Of a stretch of 64,000 bases of DNA, positions 19,141-29,059 are shown one piece after another; the stretch's first letter is position 1, and each line of letters begins with the position of its first letter. A program made the position numbers and the translations under genes. Origin of the DNA: a bacterium (lineage in GTDB: Bacteria; Babelota; Babeliae; Babelales; UBA12409); contig JAKANL010000005.1 of NCBI GenBank assembly GCA_021823685.1, positions 5,489 to 69,488 on the forward strand. The letters run 5' to 3'. A model generated the notes under the pieces. That model had not been told where the DNA came from. It ran no database searches and worked only from the letters and a program-made list of their open reading frames with translations.

Positions 19141-19198
19141 GTCACTCTATCAAAGTATATCGATAATACGCTCTGAAATCCAGGTTCAGCTCCTACCA

Positions 19199-19519
19199 TC
19201 ACACGTGCTCGTGAGTTTCGGCATATTCGTTCAAGCCATCTTGAATGATAAACATGCCAATCCACCCAACCAAAGCGATTACAAGCAGATACAACAGAGG
19301 CTCAGAACCTTTTTTGATGTACGTCGTATAGGCTTGCGCATATTTATACCAAAAATAGAAATTGGCTACGGGTATGATCAGTAAAAACGCTGTCGGAATC
19401 CGGCCTCCCATGCCGTTGAGTTCGTTTTTAGTTTTCACCGTCCAGTACAGATAATAGATACCAAAGGTAAAAATGCTCAAAAAAAACATCGCCACCAAAC
19501 TTCTTTTTTCTACAGGCAT
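19199..19519 (-). CDS. DUF4234-like small membrane protein
   Basis: 106 aa. LSIFTFGIYYLYWTVKTKNELN is the hallmark DUF4234 segment, and there are 3 TM helices. Confidence 0.65.
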   Translation of the reverse strand: MPVEKRSLVAMFFLSIFTFGIYYLYWTVKTKNELNGMGGRIPTAFLLIIPVANFYFWYKYAQAYTTYIKKGSEPLLYLLVIALVGWIGMFIIQDGLNEYAETHEHV

Positions 19520-19666
19520 ACGGTAACTCCGCCGTTAAAACTATCTTGGCCAGAAGATGGCACGATCAGCCAAAAATGTCACGCCTTTACTCGCTAAAAA
19601 ACCCTCGACAAACAACCACTTTTGTGCTATCTTAACATTGAATGTTAAAGTAGCACAGGATTCCGC

Positions 19667-20881
19667 ATGTATGCCCGTGAGATGAAAAAGATCATTAAAG
19701 AGTATGAAAACTTCCCCGTGATCGCCTTTCTCGGCCCTCGGCAATCCGGAAAAACGACCCTTGCTCAATTGGCTTTTCCTAAACACAAATTTGTTTCTTT
19801 GGAGCATCAGCCTACCCGGCAATTTGCCATGACCGAGCCGGAACGGTTTTTACAAACACACGAAAATGAACATGGAATTATTTTAGACGAGTTTCAAAAC
19901 GTCCCGGAAATCCTTTCATATATTCAGCTCGAAGTTGATGCAAAAAAGAGAAAGGGCTATTTCATCTTAACCGGCTCACAAAATTTTTTGATGAATCAAG
20001 CAATTACCCAATCGCTTGCCGGACGCGTCGGTATTCTCACGCTCATGCCGCTTTCACTGCAAGAACTCACCAGCAATCATTTATTGCCTAAAGACGTTCA
20101 TGAAATTGTTTTCAACGGTTTTTATCCGCGGCTTTACCAGGAAAAGCTTAAGCCTGATCGCTTTTACCCGTCATACCTTCAAACGTACGTCGAACGAGAT
20201 GTCCGCCAATTAATTAATGTTGGCGATTTGGCCACCTTTCAAAAATTTATCCAACTCTGCGCCGCGCGCATTGGCAATCTTCTTAATCTTTCAGACTTGG
20301 CAACCGTATGCGGTATAAGTGTTACCACGGCCCGCCGGTGGATATCGCTATTACAGGCTAGCTATATTATCTTTTTGCTCGAGCCGCATTTTAAAAATTT
20401 CAATAAACGCCTCACTAAAATGCCCAAGCTCTATTTTTATGACACCGGCCTGGCATGCGATTTATTGCGCATTGAGTCGCCCCAAGACCTCTTAATTAAC
20501 CCGTATTGGGGCGGTCTGTTTGAATGTTTTATGATTGCTGATATCGCAAAACAATACCTCAATCAGGGTAAACGTCCACCCATATACTTTTGGCGCGACA
20601 AAAACGGCCGAATTGAAATTGACTGTTTGATTGATCGCGGCGGCACATTAATTCCAATCGAAATCAAGGGAAGCCAACGAGTCACGCAAGAATTTCTTGA
20701 TGGATTGAAACAATGGAATGAGCTGGCTCATGGCTCAAAAACATCAACACCGGCAAGCAAGAAAAGTTTTCTTCTGTATGCCGGAATGGAGGCGCAATCG
20801 CGTAAAGATGCCATCGTTGTACCGTGGACAAAATGTGCGCAACTAATCAAACGCATAACCGCTAAAAAATCAGCAAACTAA
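19667..20881 (+). CDS. AAA-type ATPase with C-terminal DUF4143-like domain
   Basis: 404 aa. Walker A LGPRQSGKTTLA, Walker B GIILDEFQ, YLQTYVERDV, and the C-terminal YFWRDKNGRIEIDCLI...IPIEIK, which is typical of the ATPase/DUF4143 family. Confidence 0.8.
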   Translation: MYAREMKKIIKEYENFPVIAFLGPRQSGKTTLAQLAFPKHKFVSLEHQPTRQFAMTEPERFLQTHENEHGIILDEFQNVPEILSYIQLEVDAKKRKGYFILTGSQNFLMNQAITQSLAGRVGILTLMPLSLQELTSNHLLPKDVHEIVFNGFYPRLYQEKLKPDRFYPSYLQTYVERDVRQLINVGDLATFQKFIQLCAARIGNLLNLSDLATVCGISVTTARRWISLLQASYIIFLLEPHFKNFNKRLTKMPKLYFYDTGLACDLLRIESPQDLLINPYWGGLFECFMIADIAKQYLNQGKRPPIYFWRDKNGRIEIDCLIDRGGTLIPIEIKGSQRVTQEFLDGLKQWNELAHGSKTSTPASKKSFLLYAGMEAQSRKDAIVVPWTKCAQLIKRITAKKSAN

Positions 20882-20901
20882 ATATACTTGAAAGAATTAC
20901 T

Positions 20902-21528
20902 ATGCAGTCAAACTCATTAACGATTAAAACCATCGCCTGCACACTTTTGTTACTCTTATCCGGATGCGCCAGCCAGCAGCCCAAAAAGCCGCTTGTCCTA
21001 AGCGATCAAAACGGCGACACGAATGCCGCAGGAATGATCGTTCTCAAAAATGCCAACGTCAGACAACCGCTGGTCACCTACGGCGCAACAACGATTATTA
21101 ATAGCGCGTTATATAGCCCAGCTTCGATCACCGGAAATGCCATACTCCGCAAGGTCACCGCACATCAACCAATTATTATTATCGGCAGCGCCACATTGGA
21201 TAAAAGCACATTATACGCACCGGTAACCATCACCGGCGGATTTAATATCAATAATTGCACGTTGGGAGATCTTATCTTATACACAGCAGGTACCCAACGA
21301 CTCTTTCACACCACCATCCAAAATATTATTGTCGATCACAGCTCAAACGAACGGCCATTCACGCTGGAACTCATAGATAGCACCATTGATGGTATAGCCA
21401 CGTTTCATGGCCCAAATCAGGCAACGATCATATTAAAGGGGAATTCGGCTATTACCGGAGAAATTCTTGGCGCGACTATTAAGCAAAGCATGCAGGCAAC
21501 AACGGACTTGCGCATTGCACAATCATAA
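20902..21528 (+). CDS. Lipoprotein with beta-helix-like (bactofilin-like) repeats
   Basis: Lipobox LLLLSGC|AS. It has repetitive short beta-strand motifs (ITGNAIL, IIIIGSATL, VTITGGFNI, IILKGNSAITGEILG). Confidence 0.5.
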   Translation: MQSNSLTIKTIACTLLLLLSGCASQQPKKPLVLSDQNGDTNAAGMIVLKNANVRQPLVTYGATTIINSALYSPASITGNAILRKVTAHQPIIIIGSATLDKSTLYAPVTITGGFNINNCTLGDLILYTAGTQRLFHTTIQNIIVDHSSNERPFTLELIDSTIDGIATFHGPNQATIILKGNSAITGEILGATIKQSMQATTDLRIAQS

Positions 21529-21567
21529 GCTAGAATCGCCGTAGAAAGTTAATTTCAAAGGAATTGC

Positions 21568-22269
21568 ATGCGTGTTTTCGTGTTTCTCTTCGCATTTTTA
21601 TTTTTGATTACGCAAGCACAAGAAGTCACTGACAATAAGACACTCATCGACCGCGTTTATCAAAACATCAGCGGCTATCATATCGATGATCAAGAACGTC
21701 AACTCATTGAAAAAAGTGGTGGCAATCCAACGTATGGCGAAATTACCCACGCAGGTTCACAAAAATTGGCCGAAGTTATGGAGCTCACCAAAAAAGACGT
21801 TTTTTATGATTTGGGCAGCGGTGTCGGCGCAAATGTTATTAGAATTTACCTGGAAACACCGGTAAAAAAAGCAATTGGCGTGGAACTTGCTGCGTCTCGC
21901 CATGCTGGTGCACAAAAAGCCAAAGAAGAACTACTCAAACAAAAAAAGTTGAACAAAAAACGCAAACTCGAATTTCGTGAGGGCGATATCGCTTTGGCTA
22001 AAATTGATGACGCCACCGCAGTCTTTATGAATTCGCTTTGTTTTTCCAATGATTTTATGAAGGTACTCACAGAAAAACTTTCGCGCCTCAAACCGGGATT
22101 GCGCGTTGCCACGCTACGGCAAATTGAAGATCAAGAACATTTTAAACTCAAAGGAATTTATACCATTCCAATGTCCTGGTCAAAGAATTCAACGGTATAT
22201 GTTTACACGCTCGAAAAGCGTAATAAAGCCAAGAAAAAACACGTAAACAAACCATCAATAAAAGAATAA
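21568..22269 (+). CDS. DOT1-like SAM-dependent methyltransferase with N-terminal signal peptide
   Basis: Signal-like MRVFVFLFAFLFLITQAQ|E. The ordered blocks YGEI, DVFYDLGSGVGANV, IGVE, REGDI, AVFMNSLCF, LSRLKPGLRV and MSWSKNSTVYVYTL parallel DOT1L blocks YGET, DLFVDLGSGVGQVV, YGVE, ERGDF, VIFVNNFAF, FANMKEGGRIV and VSWTGKPVSYYLHT. Confidence 0.7.
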   Translation: MRVFVFLFAFLFLITQAQEVTDNKTLIDRVYQNISGYHIDDQERQLIEKSGGNPTYGEITHAGSQKLAEVMELTKKDVFYDLGSGVGANVIRIYLETPVKKAIGVELAASRHAGAQKAKEELLKQKKLNKKRKLEFREGDIALAKIDDATAVFMNSLCFSNDFMKVLTEKLSRLKPGLRVATLRQIEDQEHFKLKGIYTIPMSWSKNSTVYVYTLEKRNKAKKKHVNKPSIKE

Positions 22270-22279
22270 AGGAGTTACC

Positions 22280-22471
22280 ATGAAGATTCTTGACAACTTA
22301 ACGTCCATGCAAAAAGGGATTCTTTTTGTTGTCAGCGGACTTCTTATCGTGCTCGATGCTTTTAAAATTTTAAGCAATACCATCCATTATGTTTTTGCCC
22401 TTTTTGGCCTCGGGCTTATTTTTTACGGGATCTCGCTTACCAAGATCTTTGAAGGCTGGGGCAAAAAATAA
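22280..22471 (+). CDS. Small two-TM membrane protein
   Basis: 63 aa with two hydrophobic helices. It starts 10 nt after the preceding gene, and the RBS is AAGGAG. Confidence 0.4.
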   Translation: MKILDNLTSMQKGILFVVSGLLIVLDAFKILSNTIHYVFALFGLGLIFYGISLTKIFEGWGKK

Positions 22472-25400
22472 TCAAAGCGTTTCGTCAATAATTTCGGCGA
22501 TATCTTCGTCAGTTGTGTTGTCGACAGACTTTGTCGGATATGAAGTTCTGACATGCCGCGTTGGCACGGCAAATTCTATATTGCGTTTTTTGAATTCTTG
22601 AGCAAGCGCCAGGCGCACATCACTGCGCAAATCCCATTGCATCGAGACCTGCGATGCACTCAAAAAGCCACGTAGCATAAATTCAAAGCCGTCCTGCCCA
22701 AAATCGTTCACGCGAACGATAGGCGCGGGGTTTTTCAACACCATTGCATTATTTGCCAAAACCTCAAGTACGATCGTTTTTACTTTGACCGGGTCTGTGC
22801 GATAACTTACCGTAAAATAAATATCATCAAAAGCAATAACACCATGCGCATAGTTCCAGTTAGAAAATGGCGTATTGATTACTTTTGAATTGGGCACCAC
22901 AATGTAAAAACTGTTATCTTTACGCAACACAACCGAACGCGGCGTAATTTTACGAACGATGCCTGAAATTTCACGGTCTGAATCATTAAGCCGCACATAA
23001 TCGCCAATTTTGACCGATCGCTCAATGAGCAAAATAAAATACGCAAAGAAATCGCTTATCGAGTCTTTAAGCGCCCAACCAATGGCAAATACAACTACGG
23101 AAACCCACCATGGCACCCACGCACCCAATCCAATCTGCTGCAGACCAATAACCAAGGCAATCAAAAAGATAATATAGCCGCTGATGCGATTGACCGTATT
23201 TTGCACCCCTGAATCAACCTCTAAAAGCAGGAAAAGACGCTGTAAAATAAAACGGTTAAAAAGTAACGTTACAAAAAAACCACCGAAAATAATCGCCACA
23301 AACAAAAGAATTGCGCGAACGGTGATCGACGTAGATTGGCCTGGCAATTCGCCACGTAGCCGCACGAACTCAAGATTGAAAAATTCCCCAATCTGCTCAA
23401 ATGAAACTTTGTAACCCCAAATATTGGCAAAGAGGACAAAGGCTACAATACCCAAAAATACCATACCCAGAATCAAAAAGAGCACATACCAGGTCTTCGC
23501 GTGTGAAAAACGTTCACGCGGAGCCTCCCCAACCGAAGAAAAAAAGAGATGCGAAGAATGCTGCTTCATTACCTTGTGCACAAACCACAAACCAACGCCA
23601 AGAAGAATCGTGCATAAAGCACCCTGCACGATCGTTGAAACTAAATGACCATAGCCAACATATGGGTCACTTAAAATAATTAAAAGCGCAATGAGCAACC
23701 AAAAAACCGTATAAAAACGCTCAATAAATATACGAATCCCCGCCCACAGGCTCCCGCGTTTGGGAAAAAGCCCAAGTAACATTTCGTGATTGGCCAAGAG
23801 TATAATAAGAATAACCCGCACACTTAATGATTGCAGCGCACTGATTAATGTTGGCAATTCCGAATGGCCATACAGCGTAGCCAAAAATGCTTCTCTAAAA
23901 AACTGAAGCCCAATAAAAAGATATAAAAGAATTTGTCCCATCACCAATAACTGCCGCTGAAACGGCTTACTCAACCATAAAGCGACAAAATGTACGTACG
24001 TGCGTATAAACACGTTGGCCAAATAGCAAAAATACGGTATGGAAACCAGATAAAAAATCATTTTGAGTCGCCCACCAGCATCAAAAACAATATCATAACG
24101 CAAAACGACCAAGAGTGCGGTCCAGACCACCAAGCTGAGCATGTGCGCATACACAACGTTGGCCACAGCCTGCAGCGAACGTACAATAACTCGCGGGCCG
24201 TAACGCTGCTCAAATCCAGAAAGCACGCGGATTATAAGTGGCAAAGCAAGCAACAAAAAGAAATAGAACACAAAAATAATAACTATGGAAAAAATTCCGT
24301 TAAGCACGGCGATCGGATCGCCAAAAAATGCTTTGAACCAACCCGCAACTTCCGATACGCGCGTTTGCCAAAGTGTTGCCATCAAATCGTCCCAGAAAAA
24401 CTGCAAATCGGGTACCGTGCTTTTAATGCCATCCCACGTAAGCGCACCAACCGAGCGCTGCCAAATGCCGCCGCTATTTTCGAGCTTATTAACCGCAATT
24501 TCAGCCTGCAGCTTCATATCAACTAAGAGCGCCTCTATCGCAGAATATGCTTTGACCAATTGGCCACTCACATTGAGCTGGCGATTAATATTTTCTTGCG
24601 ATTTGGCTAACGCATTGCGCGCTTCATTAAAAGCTTTATCGCCATACTTTTTGATAAACGTTGATCGATTGGCAAGCAAATCGGCCCGTCGCTGTTTAAC
24701 TTGCGTCAACACACGAGATTGAACGCTGATAGCCGTCGCCGCAGCGGCACTTTTATTTTTTATATCTTGTACTTCGCGTTCAATTTCGGCTTTTTTGTCG
24801 TTAAAAAATCTGAGTTGAACGCCTTGGTCCATCTCATCGCCAATACGTTTCCGCCCCTTGGTCGCCCCCCACGCCTTCATTGCGTCGGCCTGTAATTCCT
24901 GCGATTGCAAACGCATTTTTTCCAGCTCTTGTTTGGCATCAAGAAGCGCTAACTCGCGATCGACCGTCTGTATAGCATCGTTGGTCCACGCAACGTGATA
25001 AAAAAGCGATTCATCGCCAACCGATTTGGGGTCGATGAGCCACTCGGTAAGCTGCCGCGCGTCAGTTATCGGCAATAATAATCGCTGATTAAGCGCAGAG
25101 AAGCTTTTTTGCAAGCGAGCACGCAGCTCAGTAAAATCGGCAATCCGTTTGGCATATTCGCCCATTTTTTTGGCAATTGTCTGCTTGGCTTCATCCAAAG
25201 TTGCCGCGACTTTGGTTAGGTCGCTTTCACCAATCCAAATCTTACGATCAACTTTGGCAAGCTCTTTGCGCAACGCATTACGCTTGGTCTTTGCCAAGGC
25301 AACTTGTAGATCAACCAATTCGAGCGTTTTCGCCAGCTCACTGCGTTTTTCTTGAGCAGCCTCTATTTTTAAACGATTTTGTTTGATCAATACATCGAGC

Positions 25401-26113
25401 AAATCGCTTTGTTGAAGAATGTCACCACGCCCATTTTTACGTTCATTTTCGGGCGAAAATTTGGCGCGCGCACTCTCATTTTGCCGCAGCTCCTGCTCGA
25501 ACTGTGCTATTTTTTGCGTAATTTTTTTAAGTTCATCTTCAAGACGCTTCTTTTCAGATTGATGGCCGTTTATTTCCTCTTGCGCACTCAGTAATTGTTT
25601 TGACAACGCTTGAAAATCTGCAAACTGATACGTGGATTTATCGCTGGTACGTGCCTGATCAGCCGGAGAAGATGCAATAGCGCCTTCAAGCGTTTTTATA
25701 CATTCTTTGAGCTGGTAAGTGCGTTGTATACGGCTTTGAGAAATACTGGCAAGCGATTGCTGCATATCGCGAAGCGCCGCCTCTTTTTTGCTGATCAGCT
25801 CATAGTTATGCCGCGAACCACGCGTTTTTTTGTCGGCAAGCAACGCAAGCTCTCGCTCAATTTCTGCGCTACGGTTTTTGATCTCTTGTACCTGCTCTTT
25901 TTCTTTGGATTCGCTCGCTGCAAGCTCGGTTTTAAAGGCCTCCAATCGCTGCACGCGCTCTTCTTGCTCGCTAATAAACAATGGCGTCTTTACATCGTTA
26001 TCAAATAACCTCAACCCAAACATACCCAAAGCGGTCGTTTGCAAACACAAGCCAACGGTAAGCATGAACACTATTGCGTATTTTTTTAACGTCTTCATCG
26101 CTTTTCGTCCCAC
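22472..26113 (-). CDS. MscK/KefA-like mechanosensitive channel (MscS family) with a long coiled-coil N-terminal domain
   Basis: 1213 aa with a signal peptide, about 550 aa of coiled coil and about 11 TM helices. The MscS core is IGDYVRLNDSDREISGIVRKITPRSVVLRKDNSFYIVVPNSKVINTPFSNWNY. Confidence 0.85.
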   Translation of the reverse strand: MGRKAMKTLKKYAIVFMLTVGLCLQTTALGMFGLRLFDNDVKTPLFISEQEERVQRLEAFKTELAASESKEKEQVQEIKNRSAEIERELALLADKKTRGSRHNYELISKKEAALRDMQQSLASISQSRIQRTYQLKECIKTLEGAIASSPADQARTSDKSTYQFADFQALSKQLLSAQEEINGHQSEKKRLEDELKKITQKIAQFEQELRQNESARAKFSPENERKNGRGDILQQSDLLDVLIKQNRLKIEAAQEKRSELAKTLELVDLQVALAKTKRNALRKELAKVDRKIWIGESDLTKVAATLDEAKQTIAKKMGEYAKRIADFTELRARLQKSFSALNQRLLLPITDARQLTEWLIDPKSVGDESLFYHVAWTNDAIQTVDRELALLDAKQELEKMRLQSQELQADAMKAWGATKGRKRIGDEMDQGVQLRFFNDKKAEIEREVQDIKNKSAAAATAISVQSRVLTQVKQRRADLLANRSTFIKKYGDKAFNEARNALAKSQENINRQLNVSGQLVKAYSAIEALLVDMKLQAEIAVNKLENSGGIWQRSVGALTWDGIKSTVPDLQFFWDDLMATLWQTRVSEVAGWFKAFFGDPIAVLNGIFSIVIIFVFYFFLLLALPLIIRVLSGFEQRYGPRVIVRSLQAVANVVYAHMLSLVVWTALLVVLRYDIVFDAGGRLKMIFYLVSIPYFCYLANVFIRTYVHFVALWLSKPFQRQLLVMGQILLYLFIGLQFFREAFLATLYGHSELPTLISALQSLSVRVILIILLANHEMLLGLFPKRGSLWAGIRIFIERFYTVFWLLIALLIILSDPYVGYGHLVSTIVQGALCTILLGVGLWFVHKVMKQHSSHLFFSSVGEAPRERFSHAKTWYVLFLILGMVFLGIVAFVLFANIWGYKVSFEQIGEFFNLEFVRLRGELPGQSTSITVRAILLFVAIIFGGFFVTLLFNRFILQRLFLLLEVDSGVQNTVNRISGYIIFLIALVIGLQQIGLGAWVPWWVSVVVFAIGWALKDSISDFFAYFILLIERSVKIGDYVRLNDSDREISGIVRKITPRSVVLRKDNSFYIVVPNSKVINTPFSNWNYAHGVIAFDDIYFTVSYRTDPVKVKTIVLEVLANNAMVLKNPAPIVRVNDFGQDGFEFMLRGFLSASQVSMQWDLRSDVRLALAQEFKKRNIEFAVPTRHVRTSYPTKSVDNTTDEDIAEIIDETL

Positions 26114-26712
26114 ACCAAAAAGTTAACTGTTTTTAACCATTTTTTCGCCGGATGTTGGCCGATACAATGATAAATAAAAAGCTCCAACTCACGGACCTGA
26201 TCAACATTCAAAACTGTTTTTTTTAATTGCTCATATGAATGATGAAGCACACAAGTCATACCTATCTGATCAATGCTATGTGGATATTGCCCACAAGCAA
26301 ATAAGAGTTTGGCCAACGCAATTTTTTGCTGAACATTATCAAGCGCAAGCATATCCAATTCGCTGATAATAGCGCTCACCAACGCAAAAACCTCGCCATT
26401 GCCTGCTTGAATAGGTAAACTTACAAAGCATAACTCTAAAACATGGTGCAAAAACCCCATAGCCGCGGCATTTTTGTATACTGGAAGCGCACATAGCTCA
26501 ATTGCCTCTATAAAGCACGTCCCGTCACAATCACGCAAATCATACGCTATAAACGCCCCTGGCGCAGCATAAGAAGCCCATCCCCAATTGGCGGGAATAA
26601 CGGTAATATGCCCACGACTCTTATCCAAAATGGACAATTTACATCGATGCGGAAAATGTTTGCGTAAAATAAACCCCGCGCTCGCCACTGATGCTATCGT
26701 CTTTTTCATCAA
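26095..26712 (-). CDS. Possible DNA repair protein RecO (tentative)
   Basis: 205 aa. The N-terminal OB-like pattern (GFILRKHFPHRCKLSILDKSRGHITVI), the central HHVLELCF...EVFALV and the later KIALAKLLFACGQYP loosely follow the RecO layout. It overlaps the mscK-like start by 19 nt. Confidence 0.35.
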   Translation of the reverse strand: MMKKTIASVASAGFILRKHFPHRCKLSILDKSRGHITVIPANWGWASYAAPGAFIAYDLRDCDGTCFIEAIELCALPVYKNAAAMGFLHHVLELCFVSLPIQAGNGEVFALVSAIISELDMLALDNVQQKIALAKLLFACGQYPHSIDQIGMTCVLHHSYEQLKKTVLNVDQVRELELFIYHCIGQHPAKKWLKTVNFLVWDEKR

Positions 26713-26868
26713 CTACTACCATATTTTTCAGTATACCATCTACGTTAGTTTTATACAAAAACCAAGCCACTTTTCTAGTGTTTATCACTTTATTCGGGGC
26801 AACCATTTACATTTCAAACAAAAATATGCAACTATTAAAATAGAAAGCCGTGGAAAAATGGAGCGATT

Positions 26869-28557
26869 ATGCTGAAGAAAACTTTCTCTCTTTTTGTGTC
26901 TTTTTTCTGTTTAACACTTTCGATTCAGGCTGTTGGCAAACCCAAAGTAGTCGTTGTTCTCGTTATTGACCAACTCGGAATATACTATCTTAATGAAACA
27001 CCATTTTTATCCCATGGATTCTATGATTTATTTCATAACGGCATCGTTTTCACGCAAGCCCACCAACCACATGCCATCACCTCAACAGCGGTCGGCCATG
27101 CAGGCATCGGCACTGGCGCTCTACCAGGACGCTCAACCACTGTGCCATTAGGGCATGGCATCGTTGCCAATAGTTGGTTCGATGCCCAAAATAACGAAAT
27201 AGAACCAAATAGCACTGACGCTCGCTTTATGAATCTTCCAACACTTAACAAGAGCTTTTTAGCGGCCAATCCACACAATAAAGCCGTCGCCATAACCGTC
27301 AAAACACGCTCGGTTTTGGGCATGGTTGGCGGTGATGCGCCATCCATTTGGCTGGGCAAAGATCAATTTATAACGAATTCTTCAGATCCAGCGATTAAAA
27401 AAATTCTTAGGCGGTTCAACACCAATTACCCGCTTATGCACCATCAAGCGCTCACGTGGATACCGGCTTATGAAGACCAACGCTTTTATCAGTTGCCGGA
27501 TATTGATAATTACGATTACGCTGGCGAGCCAAGCCTCATCAAACAATTATCAACCCGTGGTAAAAAAATGAAGCGCGATTCGTATTTCAGCACCCTATTC
27601 AAACTACCGCAATCGAACAAACTTCTTCTCGATCTAGCAACTAAATACATTAAAAAAACAGTGCCAACCCTTGATGACGGCACCTTACTCGTATGGATTA
27701 GCTTGGGAAGCTTGGATAAAATGGGGCACGTATACGGACCGCAAAGCCGCGAAGCAATCGACACGCTCTATCACCTGGACAAACAAATTCAGGAGTTTAT
27801 GCACAACCTGAAAACCATTCTTCCACCGCAAGAAACACTTCTTATCCTTACGGCTGATCATGGCATTATACCCATTCCCGAATTAGCCAAAAAACGCCAC
27901 CCAGAGGCAATGCGCCTGAGCGCCCCCACCATTACGCTGAACATCAATCAAGCCGTACAAAAAGCATTTGGCCTTCCAAACATCATCGCCAAAATTGAAT
28001 CGCCGTTTATTTATCTTGATATGGGCACATTGAATACGCTTGATAAAGCCAAACAGCAAGCAGTAGTAAACCGCGTAATCGAAGAATTCGCCAAAATTCC
28101 TGGCATCAATAACGTATACCGTTCAGACGAATTATCTAAAATCAAACCAATGGAGGGTTCCGTTGAATGGCTCATGCAAAACCAGCTCTTTCCCGGCCGC
28201 AACGGGCAGCTCATGCTCAGGTTGAAACCATATGTCATTTTAACGGAATACCGACGCGGCACCAAACACGTTTCACCATATGATACCACCACGCATGTTC
28301 CGCTCGTTTGGTACGAACCGGGCGTCTATGAACATAAAACAATTAATCAACGAGTATGGGTGCCTCAGTTTAACGCAACACTGGCTGCCGTGCTGGGTGT
28401 CCCGCCGGCATCAGTGCAATCGCTTAAACCGCTTCCGGGAATTTTAGATGCAACAAATGTTCGAGAACCAAGCGGCTCCAGGGCTCAAACGAAGAAGTTT
28501 GAGCAATTGCGCGTAAAGGCGTTAGCACTCCAGTCTTTAGCTCGGAACGTACCGTAA
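26869..28557 (+). CDS. Secreted alkaline-phosphatase-superfamily enzyme (phosphodiesterase/nucleotide pyrophosphatase-like)
   Basis: Signal peptide, VVVLVIDQLG, TSTAVGHAGIGTG (nucleophile region), LGSLDKMGHVYGP and LTADHG are metal-ligand blocks of the AlkP superfamily. The last approximately 40 codons overlap the convergent gene and may be an overextension. Confidence 0.75.
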   Translation: MLKKTFSLFVSFFCLTLSIQAVGKPKVVVVLVIDQLGIYYLNETPFLSHGFYDLFHNGIVFTQAHQPHAITSTAVGHAGIGTGALPGRSTTVPLGHGIVANSWFDAQNNEIEPNSTDARFMNLPTLNKSFLAANPHNKAVAITVKTRSVLGMVGGDAPSIWLGKDQFITNSSDPAIKKILRRFNTNYPLMHHQALTWIPAYEDQRFYQLPDIDNYDYAGEPSLIKQLSTRGKKMKRDSYFSTLFKLPQSNKLLLDLATKYIKKTVPTLDDGTLLVWISLGSLDKMGHVYGPQSREAIDTLYHLDKQIQEFMHNLKTILPPQETLLILTADHGIIPIPELAKKRHPEAMRLSAPTITLNINQAVQKAFGLPNIIAKIESPFIYLDMGTLNTLDKAKQQAVVNRVIEEFAKIPGINNVYRSDELSKIKPMEGSVEWLMQNQLFPGRNGQLMLRLKPYVILTEYRRGTKHVSPYDTTTHVPLVWYEPGVYEHKTINQRVWVPQFNATLAAVLGVPPASVQSLKPLPGILDATNVREPSGSRAQTKKFEQLRVKALALQSLARNVP

Positions 28558-29059
28558 TCATTGAACTCTCCAGCATAACCAGGTACACGACACCAAAATG
28601 CACACGTCCTACGGGGTTGCTATCGTCATTAATAAACCCCAAAAAAGCTGTTTGGCAATCGCCTTCGTAGCAAATTTCTTCGCGCCATTCACGGGCTGCC
28701 CAGGAAAAAATATCGCTCCCGCTCACATCGCTTGCACGAATATGGCCGCCGATTCCCACGCTCAGTAACCGCGCCAACCGCTGCTCACTGGCACTTGAAC
28801 GACGTTGGACCACAAAAATGTTTTCGCGATACATAACAACAATATAGGGAATAATTTGCTTGAAGTTTTCGTCTGTTTCAACCAAGCTTCGTGGCAAAAA
28901 CTGTTTGTGCCGCATGATTGTTTGGGCATACCAATCACAATTGGCTACGAAGAAACCCTGCCGCGCCCCCTCGCGCGCAAAAAGAAGATCGCGCGGAACG
29001 ACTAACACTTCTTCATGTACTTTTTGTTCTTGGCTGGAACGCGCACTCGTTATTTGCAT
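28424..29059 (-). CDS. Nudix-family hydrolase (divergent Nudix box)
   Basis: GIGGHIRASDVSGSDIFSWAAREWREEICYEG approximates GX5EX7REUXEEXGU. The ATG at 29059 is preferred because the track start at 29116 is TTG and lies within a hairpin. Confidence 0.55.
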   Translation of the reverse strand: MQITSARSSQEQKVHEEVLVVPRDLLFAREGARQGFFVANCDWYAQTIMRHKQFLPRSLVETDENFKQIIPYIVVMYRENIFVVQRRSSASEQRLARLLSVGIGGHIRASDVSGSDIFSWAAREWREEICYEGDCQTAFLGFINDDSNPVGRVHFGVVYLVMLESSMITVRSELKTGVLTPLRAIAQTSSFEPWSRLVLEHLLHLKFPEAV

